Position numbers and translations under genes: made by a program. DNA of 64,000 nucleotides from IMG/VR virus record IMGVR_UViG_3300047319_000106, positions 1,483 to 65,482 of that record. One strand, 5' to 3'. This DNA is from a virus (Duplodnaviria > Caudoviricetes). The stretch's first letter is position 1; each line of letters begins with the position of its first letter. Below the pieces are notes generated by a model, which saw nothing but the letters and a program-made list of their open reading frames with translations, ran no database searches and was not told where the DNA came from. This document shows, one piece after another, positions 9,702-18,320 of the stretch.

Positions 9702-10286
9702 TTAGCGCGCAGACTTCAGGAATGCGGCTTTTGCTGCCTCGTAATCCTTCGGGTCAGCGGTGCGGACGTCGACCGGCTTCGGGTCGCCTGCGGGCGGCGC
9801 CTTCTGCGTGCTCGATGTGCTCACCGCGGCGAACAGATACGGCTTCGCTTTCTTCGCGGCTTCGAAAAGCTCGTCGGCACCGACGACATCGCCGTTTTCG
9901 TCGAGCTTCACGCCGGAGAGGTCGAGCACCTTCAGCGCGTCGCTCACGTCGACAACGCCGTGTTTCGCTGCGACTGCCTTCAGTTCGGCGCGCAGCACGC
10001 GATCATTCGCGGCTTGTTCGGCCTTCGTGAGCGCGTCTTTCGTGCCGGCTTCGAGTTCGGCGATTCGCGCTTGCGCGGTGGCAAGTGCGGTGTCTTTTTC
10101 TGCCGCCTTCAGGCGGTAGGATTTCGCCTCATCGCGCAGTTCGCTCACGTACTCGCGCGAGAACGTCTCTTTCGATGCGGTCGGTGCGGGCGGCGTCGAG
10201 TTGCCGCCAGTGTCGCCACCGTCCACGCCGAGGCGGAACGTTGCGGAGAAGCCGAGCAGGAAGGAAAGCAGGTTCGAGATTCGCAT
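9702..10286 (-). CDS. Capsid scaffolding protein
   Basis: Coiled-coil with YVSELRDEAKSYR and KAKPYLF motifs. Confidence 0.82.
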   Translation of the reverse strand: MRISNLLSFLLGFSATFRLGVDGGDTGGNSTPPAPTASKETFSREYVSELRDEAKSYRLKAAEKDTALATAQARIAELEAGTKDALTKAEQAANDRVLRAELKAVAAKHGVVDVSDALKVLDLSGVKLDENGDVVGADELFEAAKKAKPYLFAAVSTSSTQKAPPAGDPKPVDVRTADPKDYEAAKAAFLKSAR

Positions 10287-10320
10287 GTGTCAGATTCGGG
10301 CATCAGCCCGCCCTAGAAAT

Positions 10321-10345
10321 GAAAAAAGCCCGCATCGAGCGGGCC
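10321..10345 (-). terminator. Intrinsic terminator after HNH gene
   Basis: GCCCGC-TCGAT-GCGGGC-TTTTTT on minus strand; similar hairpin at 9646-9669. Confidence 0.55.
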
Positions 10346-10387
10346 GGTTCGGTTTTGCGCATCTGCGCGGTATTTGCTGCGAGTGGA

Positions 10388-11527
10388 TCAGAACAAGCGC
10401 CCGACACTCGCCGCGAATTCGTAAGGGTCTTTTGCGCTCTTGCGGAGATTGCAAGGAGGGCAGGCGATAACGAGATTCGAAACCTCGTGCCGCCCGCCTT
10501 TGGATAGCGGCCTGTAGTGGTCAACGTGATATTTCGCCTTGCACTTTGTGCCGCACCAGTGGCAGACCTTTTTGGCTGACTGAACCCAAGCGAAAATCAC
10601 CGATGTCGGATCACCGTCTTTTTCAATGGCGCGGCGCTTGGCCTTGTTCGCCATTTTGATTGCCTTGACCTTCTCAGGATTGCGGCGAATCCAGTCCTTA
10701 GCTTGTTTGGCGACCTTCTCCGGATTATTCCGGTAGTACTCGCGGGAGCGAGCCAGAATCCGGGTAAGGTTGCGCTGCACGTATGCCGCGTCATATTCCT
10801 TCTTGGCCTGCGACTTCGCCAGTATCGAAGCGCACTCGACGCAACCTCCGCCAATCGTGTACCGCAAACCGTTGTGGCCGCTCTGGCAAATCTTGCCCAG
10901 ATATGTTTTATCGCCGCCAGCAAATGCCGCCTGCCGAGCAAATCGCGCGGCGTGCCAGACCTTAGCCCTTTCTTTCTGTCGAGCACGGTCTTCGTCACGA
11001 ACCCGCTTGCGCTCTGCCCTGGCTTCACGCATCGCCGCTTTGACGCTAGCAATCTCGGGGTTCCTATCAGCAAATCGGCCTAGAAAACCGAAGCGCAATC
11101 GGCAATTGATCTTGTTACACTCGACGCAATGACCGTCATTCACAAACCGAGTGCCGATGTGCCCCTTGCCACATGGGCGAGGCGATTCGTATTGTCCGAG
11201 TCCAATCCGCCTAGCATTCTCGCGTGCCGCTAGATCCTTCTCTCGAAGCGCAACCTTGGCGGCTAGCGCCGGATCTTTGCGATGCCGGTAGGCTTTTCGC
11301 TTCTCGTAATAGCCCGGCTTCTCGCGGGCGATCTTCTGCTTGAGAAGATTTCCTTCGCGGTCGGCGTGGTAGTTACGGAGTTGCTTGAGTCGGCTGCATT
11401 CGTGACACAGGCCATTTACTGTCGCGCGTTCGGCAACGTGACCGTGCTTGCAGGGTTTTCCAGTGAAATAGCGCTTCAGGCCTGAGGCCTTCGCCTCGGC
11501 GCGCGAGATGATTTGCATTGTGCTCAC
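10388..11527 (-). CDS. HNH endonuclease with three CxxGH...CxxC repeats
   Basis: C-terminal CHWC...HVDH..PLSKGG.H...NLVIAC..CN; three N-terminal Cys/His repeats. Confidence 0.85.
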   Translation of the reverse strand: MSTMQIISRAEAKASGLKRYFTGKPCKHGHVAERATVNGLCHECSRLKQLRNYHADREGNLLKQKIAREKPGYYEKRKAYRHRKDPALAAKVALREKDLAARENARRIGLGQYESPRPCGKGHIGTRFVNDGHCVECNKINCRLRFGFLGRFADRNPEIASVKAAMREARAERKRVRDEDRARQKERAKVWHAARFARQAAFAGGDKTYLGKICQSGHNGLRYTIGGGCVECASILAKSQAKKEYDAAYVQRNLTRILARSREYYRNNPEKVAKQAKDWIRRNPEKVKAIKMANKAKRRAIEKDGDPTSVIFAWVQSAKKVCHWCGTKCKAKYHVDHYRPLSKGGRHEVSNLVIACPPCNLRKSAKDPYEFAASVGRLF

Positions 11528-11557
11528 CTTGACTAGGGGTGATAGACCGTTTCGGAG

Positions 11558-11612
11558 GGCGCGGAAGGTTGGCGGTCAAACCAACCTTGTCGGGAGCTAC
11601 CCTATCCGCGCC
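11558..11612 (-). ncRNA. Putative c4-like three-way-junction RNA
   Basis: Stems GGCGCGGA/TCCGCGCC, GGG-TAGCT-CCC and AAGGTTGG/CCAACCTT; TATAAT just upstream. Confidence 0.5.
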
Positions 11613-11618
11613 ATTGCA

Positions 11619-12809
11619 TTATACCGCCCTGAACATCTCCGGCACCACTGTGTTGCGCGCTACTTGCCCGTATTCAGCGTGGTATGTGATCGCGGTCGCA
11701 GAACGCTCGGACAGCCAACCGCCACGAGCAGCGTAAGCGTCGCGCGCGGAGAGCGTCGGGTGCTGAATCACGGTCATGCCAGAATGCTCCTTCTCTTCCA
11801 AGTGGTGCCTATGCCCGACCGTGCAATACCGCTTGGTCGTGTTGCCCCACACCTTCGGGAACAGGCTCGCGAAGAGAAGCGGCAGATCGGCGTTTCGCTT
11901 CAAATGGCCGTGATGGAACGCGAGCATCGTCTGACCGTGCTGATAGACGTAGTAGGGCAGTTCGGAGTCGATCACCTCGACGCGCGGCTCGTTCTCGTAT
12001 AGCGCCTTGAACATCGCGCGAAGCCATATTGACGAAGCCATGTCGTGATTCCCCTCTGCGAGAAGAACGACAACGCGCTCATGCTTTTGGAGGGCGAAAT
12101 CCACCATGCGCCGCAGGATACGAACCGCAGCCGCAACAATCTTCGAGAACCGTCCATCCTGGTCGACGATGTGACCATGCATAGGCGTCACCGGCAGAAG
12201 GCCACCGCTACCATCGGAATGCAGATAGTCGCCGCACTGCGCAACGAGGCCAACTTTGGCCGTTGGCGATGCGTTGACCATATGGAAAAACGCGGACGTC
12301 AGCGTGTCCTCCGCGATCTTCAAATCCCAGTCGGCGTTAAGCGTTTCCTTCGCGCTCGCCAACATGCCTACGTGAGCATCCGTGATCGTATAAACGTTGC
12401 ACAGCGCTGCATCGGTGCTATCGGGAGGCGGAACATGATCGACGCGTGGCAACTCTTGCGCCATTGCCGCGAATGCCTCTTGCATTAGCGCGGCCTGGCG
12501 CTCGTTATCCACGCTCGATTTCACCCATTGCGCGCGCGGCTTGCCTTCCGCGTCGAAGTACGTCGAGACGCCCTTGACGAGATACCCGTCGGGAACCGTG
12601 CGAGTCATCGCATGATCCGGCGAGTATCCCGACCGCGCCGCGCGCCTCTTCAGCGCGAGCAGTGAATTGCTGATCGTGCCGCGACTGACGCCGAGCGCCG
12701 CAGCCGCTTTGCGCTCCGAGCCGTACTTGTCGACGGCTTGGATGAACTCGATTTGCCGCGGAGTCGCCCATTCAATGAGACGTTGATCTGTCAAGCAGCC
12801 TCCGTTCAA
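11619..12809 (-). CDS. HTH + calcineurin-like metallophosphoesterase
   Basis: DAH, GDYLHSD, GNHD, HHGH and GHRHH motifs; N-terminal SERKAAAALGVSRGTI helix-turn-helix. Confidence 0.8.
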   Translation of the reverse strand: MNGGCLTDQRLIEWATPRQIEFIQAVDKYGSERKAAAALGVSRGTISNSLLALKRRAARSGYSPDHAMTRTVPDGYLVKGVSTYFDAEGKPRAQWVKSSVDNERQAALMQEAFAAMAQELPRVDHVPPPDSTDAALCNVYTITDAHVGMLASAKETLNADWDLKIAEDTLTSAFFHMVNASPTAKVGLVAQCGDYLHSDGSGGLLPVTPMHGHIVDQDGRFSKIVAAAVRILRRMVDFALQKHERVVVLLAEGNHDMASSIWLRAMFKALYENEPRVEVIDSELPYYVYQHGQTMLAFHHGHLKRNADLPLLFASLFPKVWGNTTKRYCTVGHRHHLEEKEHSGMTVIQHPTLSARDAYAARGGWLSERSATAITYHAEYGQVARNTVVPEMFRAV

Positions 12810-14284
12810 TCCCCGACGTTATCGGGAGCGGGTTTGAGTTGCTTCGCCTTCGCGACTTCTGCGGCGTCCGCTGCTGCGGATTCGTTGGCGATGCGGGCGA
12901 GTTCTTCCGGCAGGTCTTCGACGTCGTATTGCTCGATGAGCGATGCCGTCGCCGTCTCTTTCGAGAGCATGTTTCCTTGCGTGAGCGCCGTCAGCGCGTT
13001 CGCCTCGTTGAGCTTGTCGCTCCACGTCGGCGAATACCAGGCGGGCCATTTGAGCGCGAAAGGCTTGTCGGTGGCGATCGGCGCGATCTTTTGCCCCTCC
13101 GAGTCGACGAGTTGCGCTTTCTGCGACGCCTTCGCGATCATGCGATAGAGTTGCAGCAAGCCTTTCTCGCCGTAGGAGATGCGCAGTTTGTCGGCAAGCC
13201 AGATAAGCGCCTGATTCATCAACTCCATCGCGCGCCCTGACTGAGCCGCCGCGATCTTGTCGGCGTCGGCCTTGTTGCCGTGGATCGATTCGAGCGCCAC
13301 TTGCCGCGCGAGCCGCACGTATTCGAGCAGCGCATTCGTGCCGTCGCCGCTCATTTCGAGCAACTTGGCGTCACCGTCCGGGCCGACCGTGATTGCGTTG
13401 CCCGCGCCCTTCGTGAGCGTGCCGCCTTGCCCGGTTGCCGGCTCTTTGATGAGTAGCGTCGGATCGCTCTGATACTTCAGCGCGCGCCCACCTTGCGAGA
13501 GCAGGTAATCAATCTCGATGTTCGTGTCGATCGCCTTCGCGAACGTACACTTGCCGTCGATGTCGTCGCCGCCCGGCAGGTTCTTCATCCAGACGATCGG
13601 GACGAATCCGAGCTTGTGCGCGACCGAACGCGAGTCGTCGCGCGTCATTTTCTCCGGGTCGTTGTCTTTCGACACCGGCATCGGCACGAACAACGATTCG
13701 GCGGCAGCATCCCATTCGCGGCGAAACCAGTGCCACTGACTGAGCATGTCGTCGGCGATCGGGTAGCCGACCGACTTCAGCGCGCGGCCCTTCGTCTTGT
13801 AGAGTTCGACGACCTTTTCGAGCGTGTCGGGCGCGTCGTCCTTCCAGATCGGCGTGAGGAATTGCGTGTTCCGCACGTTGAAGAACAGACGGTTGTTCAG
13901 CACGCGCATCTGCACGGCAACCGAGCCGACCGAGCCGCGCGTTGCGGCGTCGATCATCACTTCGTTGAGATAGCAGTCTTTCGCGATCGCTTCGAGCGAT
14001 TCGGCGGCTTGCGCGTTCTCGCTCGTCACCGTCGGAAAGTGCTCTTCGCTGAACAGCAGGCCGACCGAATCATCGACGACTTCGGAGCACAGCGCGAAGC
14101 GCACAGACGGGCGGCGCTCGCGCAGCGGTATGTATTCGTCGGCTTCCGATTTCTCGGTGTGGAACGAGTGAGGCAGCACGTCGTATTGCGTGCCGTCGAG
14201 AACAGCCGTTAAGCAGCCGACTGTGTGCGCTCGATCGGGAAGGTCGTTATCCTTCGGGTGTTTGTCGCGGAGCGTTTTCCACAT
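12806..14284 (-). CDS. Portal protein (SPP1 gp6-like)
   Basis: 492 aa after terL; HKLGFVPIV and SGRAMEL motifs. Confidence 0.85.
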   Translation of the reverse strand: MWKTLRDKHPKDNDLPDRAHTVGCLTAVLDGTQYDVLPHSFHTEKSEADEYIPLRERRPSVRFALCSEVVDDSVGLLFSEEHFPTVTSENAQAAESLEAIAKDCYLNEVMIDAATRGSVGSVAVQMRVLNNRLFFNVRNTQFLTPIWKDDAPDTLEKVVELYKTKGRALKSVGYPIADDMLSQWHWFRREWDAAAESLFVPMPVSKDNDPEKMTRDDSRSVAHKLGFVPIVWMKNLPGGDDIDGKCTFAKAIDTNIEIDYLLSQGGRALKYQSDPTLLIKEPATGQGGTLTKGAGNAITVGPDGDAKLLEMSGDGTNALLEYVRLARQVALESIHGNKADADKIAAAQSGRAMELMNQALIWLADKLRISYGEKGLLQLYRMIAKASQKAQLVDSEGQKIAPIATDKPFALKWPAWYSPTWSDKLNEANALTALTQGNMLSKETATASLIEQYDVEDLPEELARIANESAAADAAEVAKAKQLKPAPDNVGD

Positions 14285-14467
14285 TCAATGAATCCGGTAT
14301 TTGGTGAGGTGCGTTGAGTCGATCAGCCCGCCGTCGGGTTTGCGAGTGAGCACCGCGGAAACCGTGTCGACGTCCGTCTCTTCGAACATGGCTTCGATGT
14401 TTGCCTGCGCGTACTCCGGCGCGATGTCATGCAGTGCATGCAGCGTCGAATAGGGGATGACTTTCAT
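14285..14467 (-). CDS. Hypothetical protein (60 aa)
   Basis: Fills the terL-portal gap with GAGG SD. Confidence 0.5.
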   Translation of the reverse strand: MKVIPYSTLHALHDIAPEYAQANIEAMFEETDVDTVSAVLTRKPDGGLIDSTHLTKYRIH

Positions 14468-14474
14468 GCGCGCC

Positions 14475-15833
14475 TCATCGGTGAAGGTGATCGGACTGGA
14501 TGCGTTTAGCCGGGATATGCACGAATTTCGTGAACAGGTAGTAGCCGATCGCGTCGGGAACGTGATCAAAGCCGAGTTCCTTGTCCGGGTCGTTCGTGCC
14601 TTCCTTGTAGACAAGCTGTTCGAGGCACTTGACCGTCTCTTTGCACGACGGGTCGACGAAGTAATGACGTTTGCCGTCTGCCGACTTGATGCGCCCGTTG
14701 ACGTAATTGATCCGGTCGCGCACCAGCGGGTGAGCGTCCATCGCGATGACCTTGAAGCCATACGAGCGAAGGATCGAAATATCCGTTTTGCCCTGCGCGC
14801 TCGTCTTGCGTTGTGCGCCGGCCGGGTCCGGATAGATCGTGATGTGATCGAGCTTCGGTTGCGTCGGGTCGAACGACGGCAGGCCGTAGGCATCGCGCAG
14901 CACGCCCGCCATTTCGTCGGTGTTCGACGTCGGGATTACGTGCTCGGCGATGCACCATATTTCGCCGTTCGCTTGCTCCTGATGCACAACAGCCGACATC
15001 GGATTAACGTTGAAGTCCATCCCAATGTGAAGCGGGAGCGCCGGGTTATACGCGCACGGCTTGACCGATTCCTTACGATGGAAATCGTAATAGACGCGGC
15101 CCGAATAATTCTCGAATGAACCCTCATACTCTTGACGGAACGTTCGAGGGTCGAGGGTCCGGCGCGCAGCCTCAACTTCTTCTGGCGGGACGTTTCCGCC
15201 TTGAACCGAGGTGTAGAGCCATGATTTATGGTCCGGTTCACCGCCTTCTTGACCAGCGACGTATGAGTCATAGCAATGGTTGAAGCCCTTCGGCGTGCCG
15301 ATGCGCAGGCAATGCCCGCCGACATACTTCACGCCGTCGATTTCGTATTTGCACGTCGAGAGCATCGGGCGCAGAACTTCCTTCCACGCCTCATAAGGGC
15401 AATCCGCCCATTCGTCGACGAGCGCGAAGAACAGGCCGGAGCCGCGCAGGTTGTCGTATTCGTTCAGCCCGACAATCCGGATGATGTGGCCGGTCTTGAG
15501 CAGGATGAAACATTCCGATTCGTTCGGCTTGCTGTCCATCCATGCGCGCGGTATAGCTCGCTTCAGGCGGCGCCAGAACACGCGCTTGGCCTGCTTGAAC
15601 GTCGGCGCGGCGTACCAGATTTCGTCGTCGGGGCTAACCTTCCAGCGTGCCGCCAATTGAGCCGCGCGCCGCATCTCTTTCGCGCCGAGGAACGTCTTGC
15701 CGAAGCGTCGGCCGCACACAGCATCGCGGAAGCGGGCTTTCGGTTGCCATCCCCACGCGTAAATGTTCGCTTGCTTCGCCGTAAGCTGGATCGACTCGAA
15801 TACGCTCGTCGGTCCCGTTGGTCGTTTCGCCAT
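14475..15833 (-). CDS. terL: Terminase large subunit
   Basis: Walker A GRRFGKT, Walker B LVDE, GTPKG, nuclease GMDFN and DHVPDA. Confidence 0.95.
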   Translation of the reverse strand: MAKRPTGPTSVFESIQLTAKQANIYAWGWQPKARFRDAVCGRRFGKTFLGAKEMRRAAQLAARWKVSPDDEIWYAAPTFKQAKRVFWRRLKRAIPRAWMDSKPNESECFILLKTGHIIRIVGLNEYDNLRGSGLFFALVDEWADCPYEAWKEVLRPMLSTCKYEIDGVKYVGGHCLRIGTPKGFNHCYDSYVAGQEGGEPDHKSWLYTSVQGGNVPPEEVEAARRTLDPRTFRQEYEGSFENYSGRVYYDFHRKESVKPCAYNPALPLHIGMDFNVNPMSAVVHQEQANGEIWCIAEHVIPTSNTDEMAGVLRDAYGLPSFDPTQPKLDHITIYPDPAGAQRKTSAQGKTDISILRSYGFKVIAMDAHPLVRDRINYVNGRIKSADGKRHYFVDPSCKETVKCLEQLVYKEGTNDPDKELGFDHVPDAIGYYLFTKFVHIPAKRIQSDHLHR

Positions 15834-15834
15834 G

Positions 15835-16380
15835 TCAGAGAATCGGCCTTTCGGGGATCGGCTCATCCGGAGAGATGAACGTGTCCGTCGCGGTCATATC
15901 GCTGTCGTCGCCGCCGCCAGAGTCGCGCAGCATGTCCGCGCGCGTCTTTTCTAGCGACTCAATGCGCCGCGCCAGGCGTTCGACGTGCTCGCCATAGTCG
16001 ACGCGTTTGCGCACCGTCTCGTCGCCCGGCCCAAACTCCGACGCCTCTCGGTCGTGCTTCTGGATGACTTCGAGGCCGTGTTTCGGGTCGTCTTTCCACG
16101 CCTTCGCTTCAGCATCGAGCGCGCGCTGCATCCGGAAGCGGAGCAGGGTAATTTCGTCGTCAAGCGAGCCAAGCCGCGCGCTCACGTCGTCGAAATCCGC
16201 CTTTTCCTCGTCGGTGAGGTGCCGGCCGTAGATGCCGTGTTTCCTCGCATTCTGGTTGCCTTCCGGCGCTCCGTCCGACAGCCCGCCATGCACGCGACAG
16301 ACTTCCTTACCCGGAACCGCCTTTGCTGCGCACTGCGCGCCAGTGGAGCGCGCGAACGCTTTGCATTGCACGCGCTGCAT
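15835..16380 (-). CDS. terS: Terminase small subunit (HGGxSTG-type)
   Basis: CRVHGGLSDGAPEGNQNARKHGIY motif; AGGAG SD before ATG 16380. Confidence 0.8.
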   Translation of the reverse strand: MQRVQCKAFARSTGAQCAAKAVPGKEVCRVHGGLSDGAPEGNQNARKHGIYGRHLTDEEKADFDDVSARLGSLDDEITLLRFRMQRALDAEAKAWKDDPKHGLEVIQKHDREASEFGPGDETVRKRVDYGEHVERLARRIESLEKTRADMLRDSGGGDDSDMTATDTFISPDEPIPERPIL

Positions 16381-16392
16381 TGAAATCTCCTG

Positions 16393-16420
16393 TTGACATA
16401 CGATCTCCTTCGGGTAGTAT
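16393..16420 (+). promoter_or_regulatory. Sigma70-like promoter divergent from terS
   Basis: TTGACA-16 nt-TAGTAT. Confidence 0.6.
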
Positions 16421-16455
16421 TTCAGGACATCACAACCCGAAAGAGAGAGCACGAA

Positions 16456-16797
16456 ATGAAACCGTTTGATTTGGAAGCCGCGAAAGCGGGGAAGAGACTG
16501 GTTACGCGCGACGGATCGCCGGTCGACGCATTCTCGAACGTCTCGTCTGGCTGCGACTTTCCGAGTAGCGCGCACATCGAGGGCTACGGGTGGGAGACAT
16601 TCACGCGCAACGGCCGCGCCCGCAACGACGGCAGCCTGTCGTGCAACGATCTATTCATGGCGCCCGAGAGCTTCACGCGCTACGTGAACCTGTTTCCCGA
16701 TGGCGTCGCGTACTGGTTCGACACCGAAGCCGAAGCCCGCGCGGGATTGAACGCTCGCGCGCTGAAAATTGCTGTGCCGGTTACTTGGGAGGTTTGA
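16456..16797 (+). CDS. Hypothetical phage protein
   Basis: MKPFDLEAAKAGKRLVTRDG, an N-terminal motif I recognise from phage early proteins. Confidence 0.7.
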   Translation: MKPFDLEAAKAGKRLVTRDGSPVDAFSNVSSGCDFPSSAHIEGYGWETFTRNGRARNDGSLSCNDLFMAPESFTRYVNLFPDGVAYWFDTEAEARAGLNARALKIAVPVTWEV

Positions 16798-16799
16798 GC

Positions 16800-17225
16800 A
16801 TGGACGCGCAACAGGTAGCAAAAGCGATTGCCGCCGCTGATTGGAGCGGCGTGTCCATCGGAAACAAGGCGATTCTCTGCAAAGCCGTCGAGCTTCTCGC
16901 CGCCCCTCTCGCCAATCCGAGCGACACGCAGGAGGCGGCGCTAGCCGAGCGAAGAATTGGCTACATGGCAGGCGTCAAAGCAGAACGCGAACACTGTGCC
17001 GCTCTCGCCCAGTCCGCAGAGCAAGACAGGATTGATGCGGAGAGGTATCGCTTCCTCCGCGACAAGATGCGCTTTTCCTCGCCTCCCGGCGATATTCCGA
17101 CCATGACGCTGAGCGCTCCGCTCGAAGCGCCGACGCATGACACGCATAAGGATTGGATCAGCGATCGCTTTGATGCCAGCGTGGACCGCACCATCGACGC
17201 AGCAATGGAGCGAGAAAATGACTGA
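16800..17225 (+). CDS. Mosaic early protein (DAERYR-type)
   Basis: GGAGG SD; C-terminal half identical to the ORF starting at 63450. Confidence 0.7.
   Translation: MDAQQVAKAIAAADWSGVSIGNKAILCKAVELLAAPLANPSDTQEAALAERRIGYMAGVKAEREHCAALAQSAEQDRIDAERYRFLRDKMRFSSPPGDIPTMTLSAPLEAPTHDTHKDWISDRFDASVDRTIDAAMEREND
17002..17170 (+). repeat. Direct repeat copy 1 (copy 2 at 63832-64000)
   Basis: 168/169 nt identical; single mismatch 17043 A vs 63873 C. Confidence 0.95.
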
Positions 17226-17904
17226 CGACGAACGTTTGGCGCTTGCCGAGCGCGCGTGGATGGAGAACCGGCACGATGAACGCGCGTATCTGCTTGCATT
17301 CGCCCGCGCCCTCGAATCCCGCGTATTGGCGGAGAGGCAGCCGAGCGCGAAAGATCAGGCGCGCCGCTTCGTGAGCGACTTCACGAGAGAAATGGGCTTC
17401 GCGATGAGCGACCATGCGCAAGAAGTGATGCTCAATCTGTTCCTGCGGAACGTCGCCCACCCCACGCCGGATGATGCAAGCCAAAGCGCGAATTCGAGTT
17501 CTGTCGCGGAATCAGTCACTTGCGCTGCGCCGGATGATGCACTGAATAAGCTAACGGCCGAAATGCATCGCCTGCGCGGGGAGATTGAAAAGTATCAGGG
17601 CGTTTGCGCCGCCGCTTATCAATTCGTCGGAGCTGTAGATGGCCCCGTGCGTTTCCTCGATGCGCTGTCGAATGCGGCCAATGGCGAGCCTGCTTCGGTA
17701 GAGGATTCGCTTGCTCTGCTTCCGGCTGAACCGAGCGAGCGGATCGCGGGGATGGAGAAGGATGCGGAGCGGTATCGGCACATCCGCGCAACGACGCGAG
17801 CCATCCGCGACGACAACGGCGAGAACCGAACGGAAGTCACGCCGGAGCAATTCGACGCCGCCATCGATGCCACCATCGCAAAGGAGCCGAAATGCGCAAG
17901 CTGA
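17218..17904 (+). CDS. Mosaic early hypothetical protein
   Basis: 228 aa, includes a second KDAERYR...DAAID module. Confidence 0.65.
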   Translation: MTDDERLALAERAWMENRHDERAYLLAFARALESRVLAERQPSAKDQARRFVSDFTREMGFAMSDHAQEVMLNLFLRNVAHPTPDDASQSANSSSVAESVTCAAPDDALNKLTAEMHRLRGEIEKYQGVCAAAYQFVGAVDGPVRFLDALSNAANGEPASVEDSLALLPAEPSERIAGMEKDAERYRHIRATTRAIRDDNGENRTEVTPEQFDAAIDATIAKEPKCAS

Positions 17905-18041
17905 CCACGTTCGACTGGGCCTGCCTGGCGGTTCCAGTCGCGGCGGGAATTGCGTACCTGATCTCCGAGATTTTTTGAAGTGACCAGCAACATCGAAGAA
18001 TTCATGCGCGCTTCGGCGCGCTATTTTTTTGGGGCATCGGT

Positions 18042-18320
18042 ATGATCCGCTGGCTGACAATATCCAAATTCGCCTCCGAGAGCGGCTACAGTGAGAAAGC
18101 GATCCGGCGCAAAATCGAAGATCGCATCTGGCAGGAAGGGAGCATCTGGCGCAAGGCGCCGGACGGCCGCATCATGATCAACACAGAAGGATATGAAGAA
18201 TGGGTCGAGCGGGGCGGGGTGTTAAGGCAGGTTCAGCCACGAGTATCGAAATCACGTTCCAGTACAACGGAAAGCGCTGCCGCGAGCGCATCCCGTTGCC
18301 TCCTACAGCCGCTAACCTAA
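18042..18320 (+). CDS. xis: Excisionase
   Basis: Winged-helix Xis-like SGYSEKAIRRKI...W.EG..WRKAPDGRIMIN, overlaps int start. Confidence 0.8.
   Translation: MIRWLTISKFASESGYSEKAIRRKIEDRIWQEGSIWRKAPDGRIMINTEGYEEWVERGGVLRQVQPRVSKSRSSTTESAAASASRCLLQPLT

Larger units (their letters stand above)
1..16380 (-). mobile_element. Prophage A morphogenesis module (contractile-tailed), left end outside window
   Basis: Contiguous minus-strand terminase, portal, capsid, sheath, tube and tape measure genes. Confidence 0.9.
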
